Positions 28,465-40,185 of a DNA stretch of 64,000 bases are shown here, piece after piece; positions within the stretch are counted from its first letter, which is position 1; every line of letters begins with the position of its first letter. Origin of the DNA: Minutocellus sp. GHC0000111 (taxonomy: Eukaryota); the NCBI GenBank assembly GCA_977018835.1, contig OZ361258.1, positions 3,348,001-3,412,000 of the forward strand, given 5' to 3'. The notes under the pieces were generated by a model. It saw nothing but the letters and a program-made list of their open reading frames with translations. It ran no database searches and was not told the origin of the DNA. A program made the position numbers and the translations under genes.

Positions 28465-30266
28465 GTGCCTGCCGTCGACACCTTTACGACGGAGTCCAAG
28501 CCGCTCCTCTACAAGGCCGCACTCAAGAGCAACAAGAATGATGCTCTGCGCATGCTCTTCGTCGGCGAGCTTTTGCCTAGGTTGCTGAAACTGGGTGGTC
28601 CGGGCCTCATTTCGCAGCTACGCGGTGTATCCGATTGTCGTGAGGCGATTGACGGCCTTGCCGACGAGGTGAAGAAAGAACTCGGTCTGCCGGTGTTGGG
28701 CGATGAGTTAAACATGGAGACTCTAATGAAACACCTTCGGCCGGTCTTAACACAGCCCGTCTCTACGCCTCTTGGTTCGTGTCCGAAGACCTGGACGCTT
28801 AGTGAGGTCGGATTTACCGCCCTGGCCGCGTCTCCTCTCACCTCCGAAAGGATCTGCTCAACCTCATCCGCCCAGATTGCACAAATGCCGATCTTCTTGG
28901 TGCAATCATCGAGAACGAAGGCGCCTCCGGAGCGGTTTTGAGCAAAGTCTTTGACGCTGTTATGCGGCAACAACGGCATGGATTATGCATTCGAGAAACT
29001 ACAAATCTGTTTGAGAAGCTTTCCAGACAACCCAAAACACCAGGGACTGTCCTATCGGCGATTCTTTCAGTCAACATGATTGATGATGACGAAGTAGTTA
29101 ATGAAATATTCGGCAACATCGGCAAGCACCCAAACACGAACAAAGAAGCTCTCTTGGTTAGACTTGCTACTCCTATCACTGATCGTTTTTCGGGAGAGAA
29201 AAAGGAGGACGACAGGTGGCTCTCTTTCGAAATAGGTGCTGCAGCGAGCGAAAACGTTGAAAAGTTTGATCTAGTTCCGCTGATGCTTTCAAAAACGCCA
29301 TATTGTGTACGCAAGGAGTTAGCGGGGAATAAAAATGTTTCTATTGATCATTTGCAGGAACTTGCAATGTGTGGTTACCTTTCCATTCGTGTTGCTGTTG
29401 CGTGCAATCCGAAGACCGATGCTGTCACTTTCGCTCAACTGACCTCTCGCATGGGTCCGAACAAACTTGTATTTTCGGACGATGATTGCGAACGTTTTGG
29501 ATCGGCCGATGAATTGGGCAATGGTTTCAAGAAATTAGGTCGCGGATGTATCGACGATATGTTTTCTATCGACAGTGGTTTGGCACATCGCCATGTATTG
29601 GCAAGAAATAGCACAAATCAAGAGACTCTTTCTAACCTTGTTGGAATGGATGACGGTATCCTAGATGAGCACATTGGCAGAAACCATTGCACACCGCCAG
29701 CGGTGTTGGAAAGACTCTCGTCATCCACAGAGGTCGATCTGCGTATGACAGTCGCATTGAATGCGCAAACGCCAACGAAAACTCTTTCCGTCCTCTTTGA
29801 AGACGAGCAGAGATCAGTTCGGTGGATGGTGGCGATAAATGAATCAACAACCGCTGACATTCTCGAGAAGATGTTATTGAATCCAAAGAACGATACTGAA
29901 CAGGCAAGTGTAAAATACTTCATTCTCAACAATGAAAATATGCCAACAGACACAGCCCTGGTAGATATAAGAAATTCTGCAGAAAAAGGCAACTTCGATA
30001 GCGGAAATATTTATCATTGGAGAAATTCCTTGCCGGAAGATATTTTAGCTGCTGCTTCACGAAGTGATGATCAACATGTCCGGCACTGCGTTGCTGATAA
30101 CTGCCGTCTCCCGGTTATTGATTTAGCTCGGTTATGCAAGGATGGCTCGGTCACCACTGAAGATACTCCTTACGGCGGTACGATGAACAATCCACTCGTT
30201 CAGGTGGTTGTTGATCGCCTTTCTCGATATCTTTCAAGCGATGGTATTGCACATTTCATTGAATGA
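28465..30266 (+). pseudogene. LRV (leucine-rich variant)/HEAT-like repeat protein, frameshifted, intronless
   Basis: Repeats VRKELAGN, IRVAVACNPKT, LRMTVALNAQTP, VRWMVAINESTT and VRHCVADN. One extra A at 28847-28849 joins the two ORFs (SEKDLLNLIRPD...VLSKVFD). True start unclear. Confidence 0.6.
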
Positions 30267-30305
30267 ATATAATCCAGCCATAGCCTATTGCTAACTTATA
30301 TTAAT

Positions 30306-31880
30306 CTACAATTCAGCCTTCACAGTACCTTCTTCGTCGAAAGCGAGGCGTTTCAAGGCTCTGAGAGCGACATTGACATGCAACTCAGCTCCAATGGGCA
30401 GGACGTCCTCGTCCAAGGCAAATGAGGGATGATGCAAACCGAAATCGGTGCGAGGGACATGATACTTTTCATTGGCACTGCCTCCACTGCCCTGGCCAAC
30501 CAAGAAGAAGGTCGATGGCACCTCTTGCGCCAAGAAGGCAAAGTCTTCTCCACCCATGGTTGGCTCGATATCTCTCATGATCCCTTCTCGGGAAACCAAG
30601 GCGCCAACGTCCTTGGACCATTCAAATAGAGCCTCGTCGTTCATCGTAGGCGGATAATAGTCAGGTGAGAACTTGATTGTGGCGGTGCAGCCATGTACAG
30701 ATGCCGTTGCATGGAGCATGCCCTCAACACGTGTTCGCAGGTCAATCAATCGCTCATTGCTCAAGGCCCGAATGGTTCCTCGTAGCATTGCCTCGGCAGG
30801 AATAACATTGAAGGCATCACCGGCAGACATTTGAGTCACCGATATCACTCCCGATTCCAACGGTGACACAGTCCGAGATACAATCGTTTGCAAATTGCCC
30901 ACCAATGCCGTCGCAGCGACAATGGGATCAATGGTGAGATGAGGCATCGCCGCATGGCCGCCAATGTGAATCTCAAACGTTTCCGCTGCCGCCAGCAATG
31001 GTCCCGGTCGCGATGCCACGGTACCGGTGGGCAGGGTCGGCCACACATGCATGCCAAAAGCCTCTTGTGCCTCGGGCTCAAGATCGACGAGGCCTTCCTC
31101 GATCATTCTCTTCATACCCGCACCGCCCTCCTCGGCTGGTTGGAAGACCAACCTGATAGTGCCATGCTGTATCTCGGGCTCCATCTTTTTCAATAGTGCC
31201 GCAGCGCCCAGCAACATGGTAACATGCCCATCATGGCCGCACGCGTGCATCTAACCTTCTGTTTGTGACTTGAATGCCTCAATGTCTTTTGTCGCCTCGT
31301 GAATCGGAAGGGCATCCATGTCCGCGCGTAATATGATGCAGGGCTGCTCGGCCTTGCCCATACCAATTTGGGCCACAATGCCGTACCCGCCCTTGCCAGA
31401 GTATACATCCTCGTGAGTATTCTTGGACCAGCCGGTAGTGTAGGGAATGTCCAACTCGTCCAATATCGCCTGAATGGTTCTTGACGTAAAGTCCTCCTGA
31501 TACATCACCTCGGGATGACGGTGCAGGTTGCGTCGCGTCTCCTGCAGAAATGCCTTCATGTCGTCGTCATTTGCCATTTGTCGGATGGCATCCTTGAGGG
31601 CAATGGAGGCATCGGCGTCAGATGCACTACTATGAAAGTACGCGTCGATGGCAGAGTCAGTGCCGGAAAATTCTCGCTTGGAGACTGTTGAGGCGGCGCC
31701 ACGAACAGAGTTTGGGACTGCTACCACATTTTGTTGTGCTGCAATCTCGGGATCGTCATCGTCCTGTTCACCATCGGCGGATGCCTTCTTGGATTTGGCG
31801 CCGAACGGAAGAGACGCCGTATAATGTGTTTGCGCCAATAGGAGCAGCAATGCGCTCAGTTGGTAGAGGGAACGAGGCAT
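30306..31880 (-). pseudogene. M20D amidohydrolase (IAA-amino acid hydrolase ILR1-like) with signal peptide and in-frame TAG
   Basis: RRNLHRHPE, LRADMDALP, MHACGHDGH, FQPAEEG, GEDFAF and LHHPSF motifs. TAG at 31251-31253 in EG*MHACGHD, where Lys is usual. Confidence 0.85.
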
Positions 31881-32392
31881 GGTCGAAATGGGTGAGGCGA
31901 GGGGTGCTTGGCTGGCCGAAGAATGAGCTGAATTGCTGACTCTGTCCTCCGCTCCGGGTTATTTCTTTTCCAAACCCGGAGTTTTTGGTCACCGGCTCTC
32001 GGCCGACAACACAACCGATAAGCAACCGAAGATACGGCACTGTCGTAGATGCTGCTTACCTAGGTACACCTCGTATGTGAGATACGGATTAACTCACTGA
32101 CTGAATGAATTTGCACGATGGCAGCAGCAACATACCAATAAACATTGTCATAGCATTTATTCTCCGTGAAGCGATTGGCAGCCCCAACTTTAGGACGAAA
32201 TGGAACAATCATCACTCGCTACGTAAAAGCTGTCGGCTGCTTTGCTTGACTCGTGCTTCACGCACGATGCGAAGCCCATCCCGAGAGGCAAGAGCCTTTG
32301 CGTCTTATTAGAGGAACATTCACAAAACAAGCAATCAGTATTAGAAACAACTGAAACAAATTCTCATTGCATTACCACTGCAAAGGCATACC

Positions 32393-33821
32393 ATGGGCAT
32401 GTTCGACGACGCTATTGCATTCCTTGCCAAACACGAAGCCGCATCCGAAAGAAACGAGCGCACGACACTCACCCAATCCGAAATCGACGAGATTCGTAGA
32501 GATCATCCCGGGATCCCCGGCGACTACCTCGCTTACCTTAAGGAAATTGGGTGGGGCTCCTTCCGCGAATGCCAGTATGTGATTTACAGCGGATTGACGG
32601 ACCCCGAAGACATCTTCGGTGAAGAAACCGCCGCTAGGTTTGGCAACAAACGCGTGCTTCTCTTTGGGGACAACTACTCGGGCGATCCTGCGGGATTTTT
32701 GCCAGACGAAAAGTGGAAGGTTGTCGAACTTTGGCACGATAGCATGGACATCTACGAGCTTAATCAAACATTCGGCGACTTTATCCGGGAGCAAATGCTC
32801 ATCGGCGAAGACGGGACCTCCAGATCAATTTGCAAATGCAAGGGCCAAAATCAAGGATTTGCTAGCCAACGGCGCCGATATCAATTCAAAGGATGATGGC
32901 GGGTGGGCAATGATTCACCATGCTTCTTTTGACGGTGACATCGATATGGTCAAAGCTTTGGTATCTTTTGGCGCAGACGTCAATGTAAAGGCCTGTGTGG
33001 AACGATGTTTTGGGATTCAGGAAAAAGAAGTGACCGCCCTGATGATGGCAAGCCAAAGCGGCCACGAAGATATCGTGAAAACATTGATTGCAGCGGAAGC
33101 TGTTGTCAACGCCAAATCTAATCTGGGCTGGACAGCGCTGCACAGGTCTAGCTCGGAAGGGCGTACCACTGTTGTAGAATCTCTCATCGCTGCCGGTGCT
33201 GACGTCAACGCAAAGACGGCGAGAGGAACTACGCCAATGATTATTGGGAGTAAATATGGACACCAAGAAGTCGTCAAGGCTCTTATTGGTGCTGGCAGTA
33301 ATGTAAACATGAGAGAAGACGAAGAGCGGATTACAGGGTGTACTGCACTTGAAGCGGCCAGTAGAAAAGGCCACAGAGAGATCGTCAAGATTCTACTTTC
33401 ATCCGGTGCCGATATAAATTCTCGGAACAAACAGGGATCCACGGCGCTGTATGTGGCACTCGAAAATCAACACATTGCAATTATTGAAGATCTTGTAGCT
33501 GCTGGAGCTGATATCGAAGCGACAGGCAGTGACGGGTTTACGCCCTTGCAAAAGGCCGCCAACCATCATTACGGAGACATAGTTGCAATGCTGGTGAACG
33601 CTGGAGCCGACGTCGGAGCAAAGGATGCTGACGGTCACACAGCTTTGTACCACGCAGTATGCGCAGCTCTTTTTGCTGGCATCGGAGACATTATAAAGCT
33701 ACCAGTAGTTCAAACCTTGCTTGCAGCTGGAGCCGATCGCAGTGATCTCAAGGCCATGAGTTACACCGGGCCTCGGCGCATTGTACAGAAAGCTGATTTA
33801 CAGCGGCTTCATAGACCCTGA
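32393..33821 (+). CDS. SMI1/KNR4 (SUKH) domain followed by ankyrin repeats, probable fusion broken by a frameshift near 32815
   Basis: LTQSEIDEIRRDHPGIPGDYLAYLKEIGWG...LFGD...VVELWHD...TFGDFI is SUKH-like. The overlapping frame starts ankyrin repeats (LLANGADIN...) with no ATG before the first repeat. Confidence 0.7.
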
Positions 33822-34055
33822 ACACATATTCAGGGAAAGAAAAGCCGCATGTTGGGCACGGTATTCAATAAGATGTCTACCGGGGGTAAGTGTGTTGTGG
33901 ATGCAGCGGAATATTGGTGCCTTGACAGACTGAGGGCAATAAGTCATGATGAGTTCACGGATTGTGGTGGATCCGGATTCGGTGGGAAATGAATGATCGA
34001 TATTGGTGTTCTCAATGGTGAAAGCAGATCTTCCCACTCTATAAGGATTAAAATT

Positions 34056-34266
34056 ATTTCGAAGATCAAAAGCGCTGGATTCACGCTTGATTGAAGTTGC
34101 AAAACTATATCTTTCGCACGGGGCCAAGGTGACAAACAGGGCTTTGTGGGAGATGGAAGAATGTCGAAGATGGATACACGATTATGTAAGAGAAGAGAAA
34201 GAGATTGAAGTTGCTGAGCGTCAGTTGAAAGAAATGGCTGACCTCCTGAACCAAAATAAAGAATAG
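34056..34266 (+). pseudogene. Orphan 3' fragment of the ankyrin/F-box-like gene at 42109-44210
   Basis: Matches 44000-44210 (FRRSKALDSRL...NQNKE*) but lacks the upstream coding sequence. Confidence 0.85.
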
Positions 34267-34402
34267 AAAAAGCTAGGTAGTAGTAAAATTGTCGCAATGA
34301 TATTGAGTAAGCTTGAGTGGGCCTACATGTACCCTGAAATCTGGCAGAGGATGATAACAATGCCATCTCGCTCGATGTGCTAACTCGGAACTACTTCGCA
34401 TA

Positions 34403-35327
34403 GAGTGATTTCACGAGACCGCCGACAAAATCGACGTAAATATGTAGCCACTAGAAAAACTTTTTATGCGATGTTTTATGCAGTGAAAAAAAATGAACCC
34501 ACTAGATGGCCTCACTCAACGCGACGAAAGCAAGCCGGGAGAATTCATCTCCAAAAGGTGGGCACAGTGTTAAAAAAGGCTATCACGAGGGTATGGTGCC
34601 CCTTAGTCTCGATTGTTGTTAATGGGAGGCACACGATTTTCCGTCATCCGGGTCACCTTGACCAAGGTTTGCAGGCACCTGCCAAAGATCCCAGCTCAAG
34701 GCAGCAGGCTAAAAATCTAAGCAAGCTGTGACAACAGAGAAGAAACTGAATGTCGCAACTGGACGTCCTAAATGGACGTCCACATGTGACAAATAGGCCT
34801 TCCTGCTTTGAGCCTCAATCCTGCTTGGGCGAAACATCGCTGCAATCAGCGTGGTCGACCAAGCCATGGTCAGATCACCCTCTGCTAAAAGTAGAAGCAA
34901 TCAACAACCTTCGTACTAGCACACCTGTTCGCTATCCTCTTTTGTTTGGCCCACAACACGAGATACCGAAACAACCTCACATCGGCAACACACATGTCTT
35001 GTGGCACCTCTTGTTTGAGCAAACATGGGTTTTTCGTTTTGTGATGAAGTTTGATGCAAAATTTTTTTTCTCTCAAGCAGCACAGCTGTCTTCACCCACA
35101 AAAAATATAAGTTTTGAACAAATGTAATATGCCTAAACAAACACTCTATTGCCGCATCTATGTCATGTGCTAAAAGAGACCAACAAGACCATTGTTGCAC
35201 CAACTCGTTTTGATTGTTGACTGTGTTCTGCAACATCTTTCTTAGTAACGATCAGCAATCTAAATGAGTTGGCACAATGTTTACGAAACGTCGCGGACGG
35301 GGTGTCGGCTCTCTCGTGAAATCACTC
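34403..35327. mobile_element. Non-autonomous TIR DNA transposon, short copy (925 bp)
   Basis: TIRs GAGTGATTTCACGAGAccGCCGACA ... TGTCGGCtcTCTCGTGAAATCACTC, flanked by TA on both sides (CATA/TATA). No transposase seen. Confidence 0.8.
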
Positions 35328-35744
35328 TATAAATAGAAGGAAGAATCAAGTAAATGGCTCAATGTCTAAAACAATCAATTTTTTTTAATTAAGCGACATT
35401 GGCCAAACACAGCGCACTTCATTGCGTTCAGTTGGAGCTGCATGCCGCCAGCATTTCACATTACTTGTCTTTTTCCAAGCTATGTAGCAAGTTTCGCCCT
35501 CGCATATTTAGCACCTACAGCTGCAGCTGCATGCTCATCTACCATGCGACGGTCATGTTCAGAGCTCAGGCAGCACCATTTTTGCCAGCCGGATGACTTG
35601 CGTACTTTTAGTCGCATTTTTTGTGGCCGGCAGGCTCGCGCGACCTCGACGTTTCTGCTCAACGCGGTGCAACCATGGCAACAAAATTCATTTCGTCCCC
35701 GCTACATGCAGAACGGCGACGAATACTCGCGCTGGTGTGGAGGG

Positions 35745-35813
35745 AATAGTGCACCAGCTGAATCTGGTGCTCTTGACATACTGTTGAAGCTGTGATTCAG
35801 CTGGTGCACTATT
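35745..35813. repeat. Perfect 20-bp inverted repeat with 29-bp spacer
   Basis: aatagtgcaccagctgaatc (35745-35764) and gattcagctggtgcactatt (35794-35813). Confidence 0.9.
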
Positions 35814-38408
35814 TTGCCATTAGCAAAAAAAATAATGGCGACTTGAATCAAATTGGCACAGATTTCGACCGTCACTCCAGCACCACCCTCCCCTATCCCA
35901 ATTGTGCTTTTCTTGCAGGAATTGAGCACAGACTGTAGACTCTGCCGCTCATAACTCCGATCTGATATATATCAGTGTGCATCGTTGCCGCTCGGCACGT
36001 GATAGGACTTCAAAAACACATGATAGCGACGAATTTCTTTCATTGACGTGCCAGAAAAGTTGTGCTCGGGGCACCTGCACCACAAAAGCGATTGCGTTGC
36101 ATAAAGTTGTGGGACTGTGAAGACCCACTGCGCCTTTGAATCTGACCTGTATGTATTTTATGATGCTGCTGTGACCTCAGAAGATCTGGGACATGTTTTT
36201 TCTTGCAAAAGAATGCCCATGATTAGCAGTGGCAAGATCGGCAGATTCCTAGAGCTTGGCACTAGCGGGGGATTGGAGGTGGTTCGTTGGCTTGAACATC
36301 AGCCCAACCGGCGATTTTATGCGTTGAAACCTTCCTGTGGATACATTAGGCGATATCAAAGCAATCCATCGTTGAACAGGACATGAAATTCGTTGATGGG
36401 GGTCAATGCAGTAAATTTTTGTGCTGGTGGAGGTTGAATTTTGTGCCTCAATTGGACTTATCGGTGCCGATGGTGTGGATCTGGAGACTCTAATGATGCA
36501 TCTATCGGTTGAGGCAGATAGCGGCATAAAAGAGGGTGTTGGAAATTGCCTGGTGGTAAAAGAAAGGGTCGATAACACATCTTCTCGGCGAACATGGAAT
36601 ATCTTGGTGAAACGGGCTGGAATCGGAGGCCCCTCGACTTCCAGACATGAAATTGATACTGTTCATCTCATGGATGAAAACTCGCGAACACTCGCCTGCA
36701 ACTACCTCCCTGTGGTATATGACTTTCGACTTTTGATGAGTTTCGCCGGGTTGCTGCAAGAAATCGGCGTCAATTTATTGATGGCATTCAATTTTTATGG
36801 GGCCCCAGCAAAATTGTAGGAGGTCAACCTTCCTGACCGAGGAAGATGATAAATTGGCATGTCGACGTAACCAAGAGTATTCTATTTGCTTTGGTTCCAT
36901 TATATATATGTAGAAGAAGTTAAATTTAGATAGATGGTGTATGGTTGTTCACTCTATGAAGTTTAGTAACCACAATCATCTGTAGTGGTAGCAATGATGC
37001 TACCGCAGGGCCCGACCGCACTCTCAGACATAAATGACGTCTATAATAAGTGAAGCGAGCAATTCTACTTCAGCTACTACCCATAGAATTCCACTAGATA
37101 TGTAATCTGATGCGACTCTATGAGAGTGTTATTGAGTTCGTGATTATTTGTTGATCTATAAGCCATGTTCCTTCATGGAGGTCGACGACCACCGAGATTT
37201 GCGACAAAACCTTCCGAATTTTCACATCGATTCGCCTCCATAACTTTCCACGCCGGTACAAATGAAATGCCATGAGCATGTACGTCGCTCGGGTATATCA
37301 AGGGTCGTCGTTTGATACCCTTCCGATGCAGTAGTCGTGGTTGATTGTTGTTCAGTATCAATATTAGAATTTTGACTCGGCACCCCGCAAAATCTGGCGT
37401 CGACCTCCACGAAACATTCAGATGCTTATGAAATCGCCAATCTTTGCAGCAAACCCGCGAAACTTTCCATCAATGAGTCACCATATATCATGTGTAGGTG
37501 GGAATAAGGTACTGATGTGGTGAATGGACGTGCATGCACCCAAACTATCGTCATGTTGGTAATTTTGACCTCCCAGAAGGACAAAACTCACCCTCCAAAA
37601 ATGATAACATTAGATAGTTTGGCCGAAGTGTCAACTCAATCGCTAGAAAAATGCAATCGAATCTTAGCGTGGGTACATATCGTCCGATTGGAAGCGTCGC
37701 TATCGTCAATTTGGCGTAGATTGGTGTACCTATAGTAAAAATGATATTGCGGTGGAGAAGTTGAGGAGAATCTGGAAGTTTTGGTTTTACTTGATGTTGT
37801 GTGAGATTACAATGGGTTGCCAACACAAACTCAACAATCAACACATACTCTTTCATTCTTTAGTACATACCCTGGCAGGATGGAACGAGAATCAGCGCCT
37901 CTCTGTCGAATTGCAAGAACTATTGCACATCACCTGATTTTGGCACGTGTCCCAACACTGGGAAATTTATTGCAAATCCATAAAGCCCCACCAACATCTT
38001 CGAAAGTATCGTCTTTCCATGCATCGGTACCGAGGCCTCATTTATTTGAGGCGAGGAGCGGAAAGCCGGAGGGAGAATACCGGTACAGGTCAAGGTATGG
38101 ATTGACATACTAGCTCTAGTAGTCAGAAGTTGCCGTGGTGTGCGTTGCTGGTTTCAGAGTAGTTGAGCAATATCCCGCTCCATCTATCGCCACCTTCCTT
38201 AAAGATGAGATTTCTTTTGGAGGGGGAGCAACCGGCTTCCTTGGGTCGTGCCGATGGTCTTGAGCTTCGCATCGTCGGCGCCCGCCCGGCCCCGAATGAA
38301 GGCACAACGAAAGAGCCGTGATTATGCTATGCCCCGTTGGCTCATAAAATGAATTGACTATTACACACAAAAGACCTTGAACCGCTGAAGCGTTCGACAA
38401 GATCTGAT

Positions 38409-39987
38409 TTGCAAATGTGGCTCATCACTTATATATTGCGAAAGGTCAGGAACCTCTATTTTGTCCTCAAGATGTTCTACTTCGACGCAAACACAGTGTG
38501 CTATGGTGGAAATACAGGCCTTCATTTTGTGCCCGATCTCGATCTTTTTAAGAACTTGATCGAGCGAGGCGCTGATGTCAATGCAAAAAAAACAGGAAGG
38601 AGTTACGCCACTGCATCTGGCCAGTGCTAATGGCCATGAAGAAAAGGCACTGGCTCTCATTGCCGCCGGTGCCGATGTCAACATTAGGGACAGCGAAGGA
38701 GATACGCCACTCACGTTGGCTTGTGGCAATGGCCACGAAAAGATAGCCGTGGCTCTGATCAATGCCAGTGCCGATGTCAACGCCAGAGATGGCGACGGAG
38801 AGACGCCGTTGAGCGTTGCTAGCCTTCTTTGCGGAAGGGATGTGATCGATGCGCTAATATCTTCTGGGGCAGATGTAAACGCAAGGAATGATGAAGGTGA
38901 TAAACCATTGCATTTAGCCTGCTCCATTGGTCGCAAGGAAACAGTCCTGGCTTTGATTGATGCAGGGGCTGACATCAACACAAGAGACAACGACGGAGAT
39001 ACGCCATTGCACAACGCGACTCGATTTGGCCGTAAGAAAATAGTCCAAGCATTAATTGCCGCCAAGGCCGATATCGAAGAGAGGAACGATAAAGGCGAGA
39101 CACCGCTCATGTTGGCTTGCATGAATGGGAACGAACACATTACCAGGACTCTTATCGCCGCTGGGGCCGATGTCAACGCCAAGCTCCAGATGCTAGTACC
39201 ACTGCACATGGCGTGTCGTAGTGGCAGTAAGGGAACGGTCAAGGCTCTGATCGATAATGGAGCCGACGTCAATGCAGAAGGATTACTTTTTCTTCTTGTT
39301 CTGGAAAACCATATAGGTCTAGTTAGGATGCTCGCTACTGCTGGAGCCAATATTGATGCGCCATTTCAGTCTCTGAGCCCTCTTCATCTTGCCAGCCACA
39401 TGAGGGGTAGTGACAAAATGGTGAAGCTTTTGATATCTCTTGGAGCTGACGTCAATGCAAAGGATGAAGAAGACGGTAAAACACCACTTCGCCTTGCCAT
39501 TGAGGAAGCACTCGAAGACAATGCCAAGGCGTTGGTTGCTGCGGGGGGCGATTGGAACATTGCAGCAAACGACGGCAAAAGCGCTATCGACATTGCCAAG
39601 GATTTCTTGGAAGCAATCGAAATATTGTTGGATAATGGATATGGTTACATTTCCAGAGATGGTGAGGGCTCCTATTTGATGCTGTGTGGAATAAAAAGAA
39701 TGCTCTTATCGAAGACGAGTCTGATTATGTGTTTCGCGATGATGGGCCTCTTCAAATCACAGCAGACAGTATCGATGAGATCTTGGCCCTTTTTACCGAT
39801 AGCTTCATTCAACGCACTAAGTCAGGCTCAAGCATCGCTTCATCAGTCTCCTCATCGTCAACCGATTCTTCGTCCTCTCTTTCCTCGTCGCTTTCCTCGT
39901 CCAGCATGTCTTCATCCGGCTCGACGACTTCCTTATCTTCCCTTGGGAGTAATCATAGCACAGCGAACGGAGATAAGTATTGAATAG
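38409..39987 (+). CDS. Ankyrin-repeat protein, intronless, apparent frameshifts at 38585-38592 and about 39675
   Basis: About ten GxTPLH/AGADVNA repeats. Removing one A from the A8 run gives GADVNAKKQEGVTPLHLA. Ser-rich tail in the shifted frame ends at 39983. Confidence 0.8.
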
Positions 39988-40185
39988 AAAACCCCAAATT
40001 CGGAGTACACAATGTGTGCAAGCAACAAGAGTCCGCTCAACTAGATCCATTCCGACCATTCTTTGATAAATAATTGAGATTGTAGATAGTAGTGGAGATA
40101 AATTCAAGCATTCCCCTAGAGATCGCATTTTGCCACCTTTAATAACATTCTACAAAATGATTAGCTTGCACCAATTCAAACCAAA

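Larger units (their letters stand above)
34056..37984 (+). repeat. Direct segmental duplication, copy 1
   Basis: Near-identical to 44000-48625. Both copies start atttcgaagatcaaaagcgc and end gcaaatccataaa. Confidence 0.95.

Noticed and set aside
35900..37990. Short ORFs, splice-like signals and a weak ~35-bp inverted similarity (about 36740 versus 37430-37465) in the duplicated segment
   Set aside because: No coherent protein could be assembled and the similarity is too degenerate to call.
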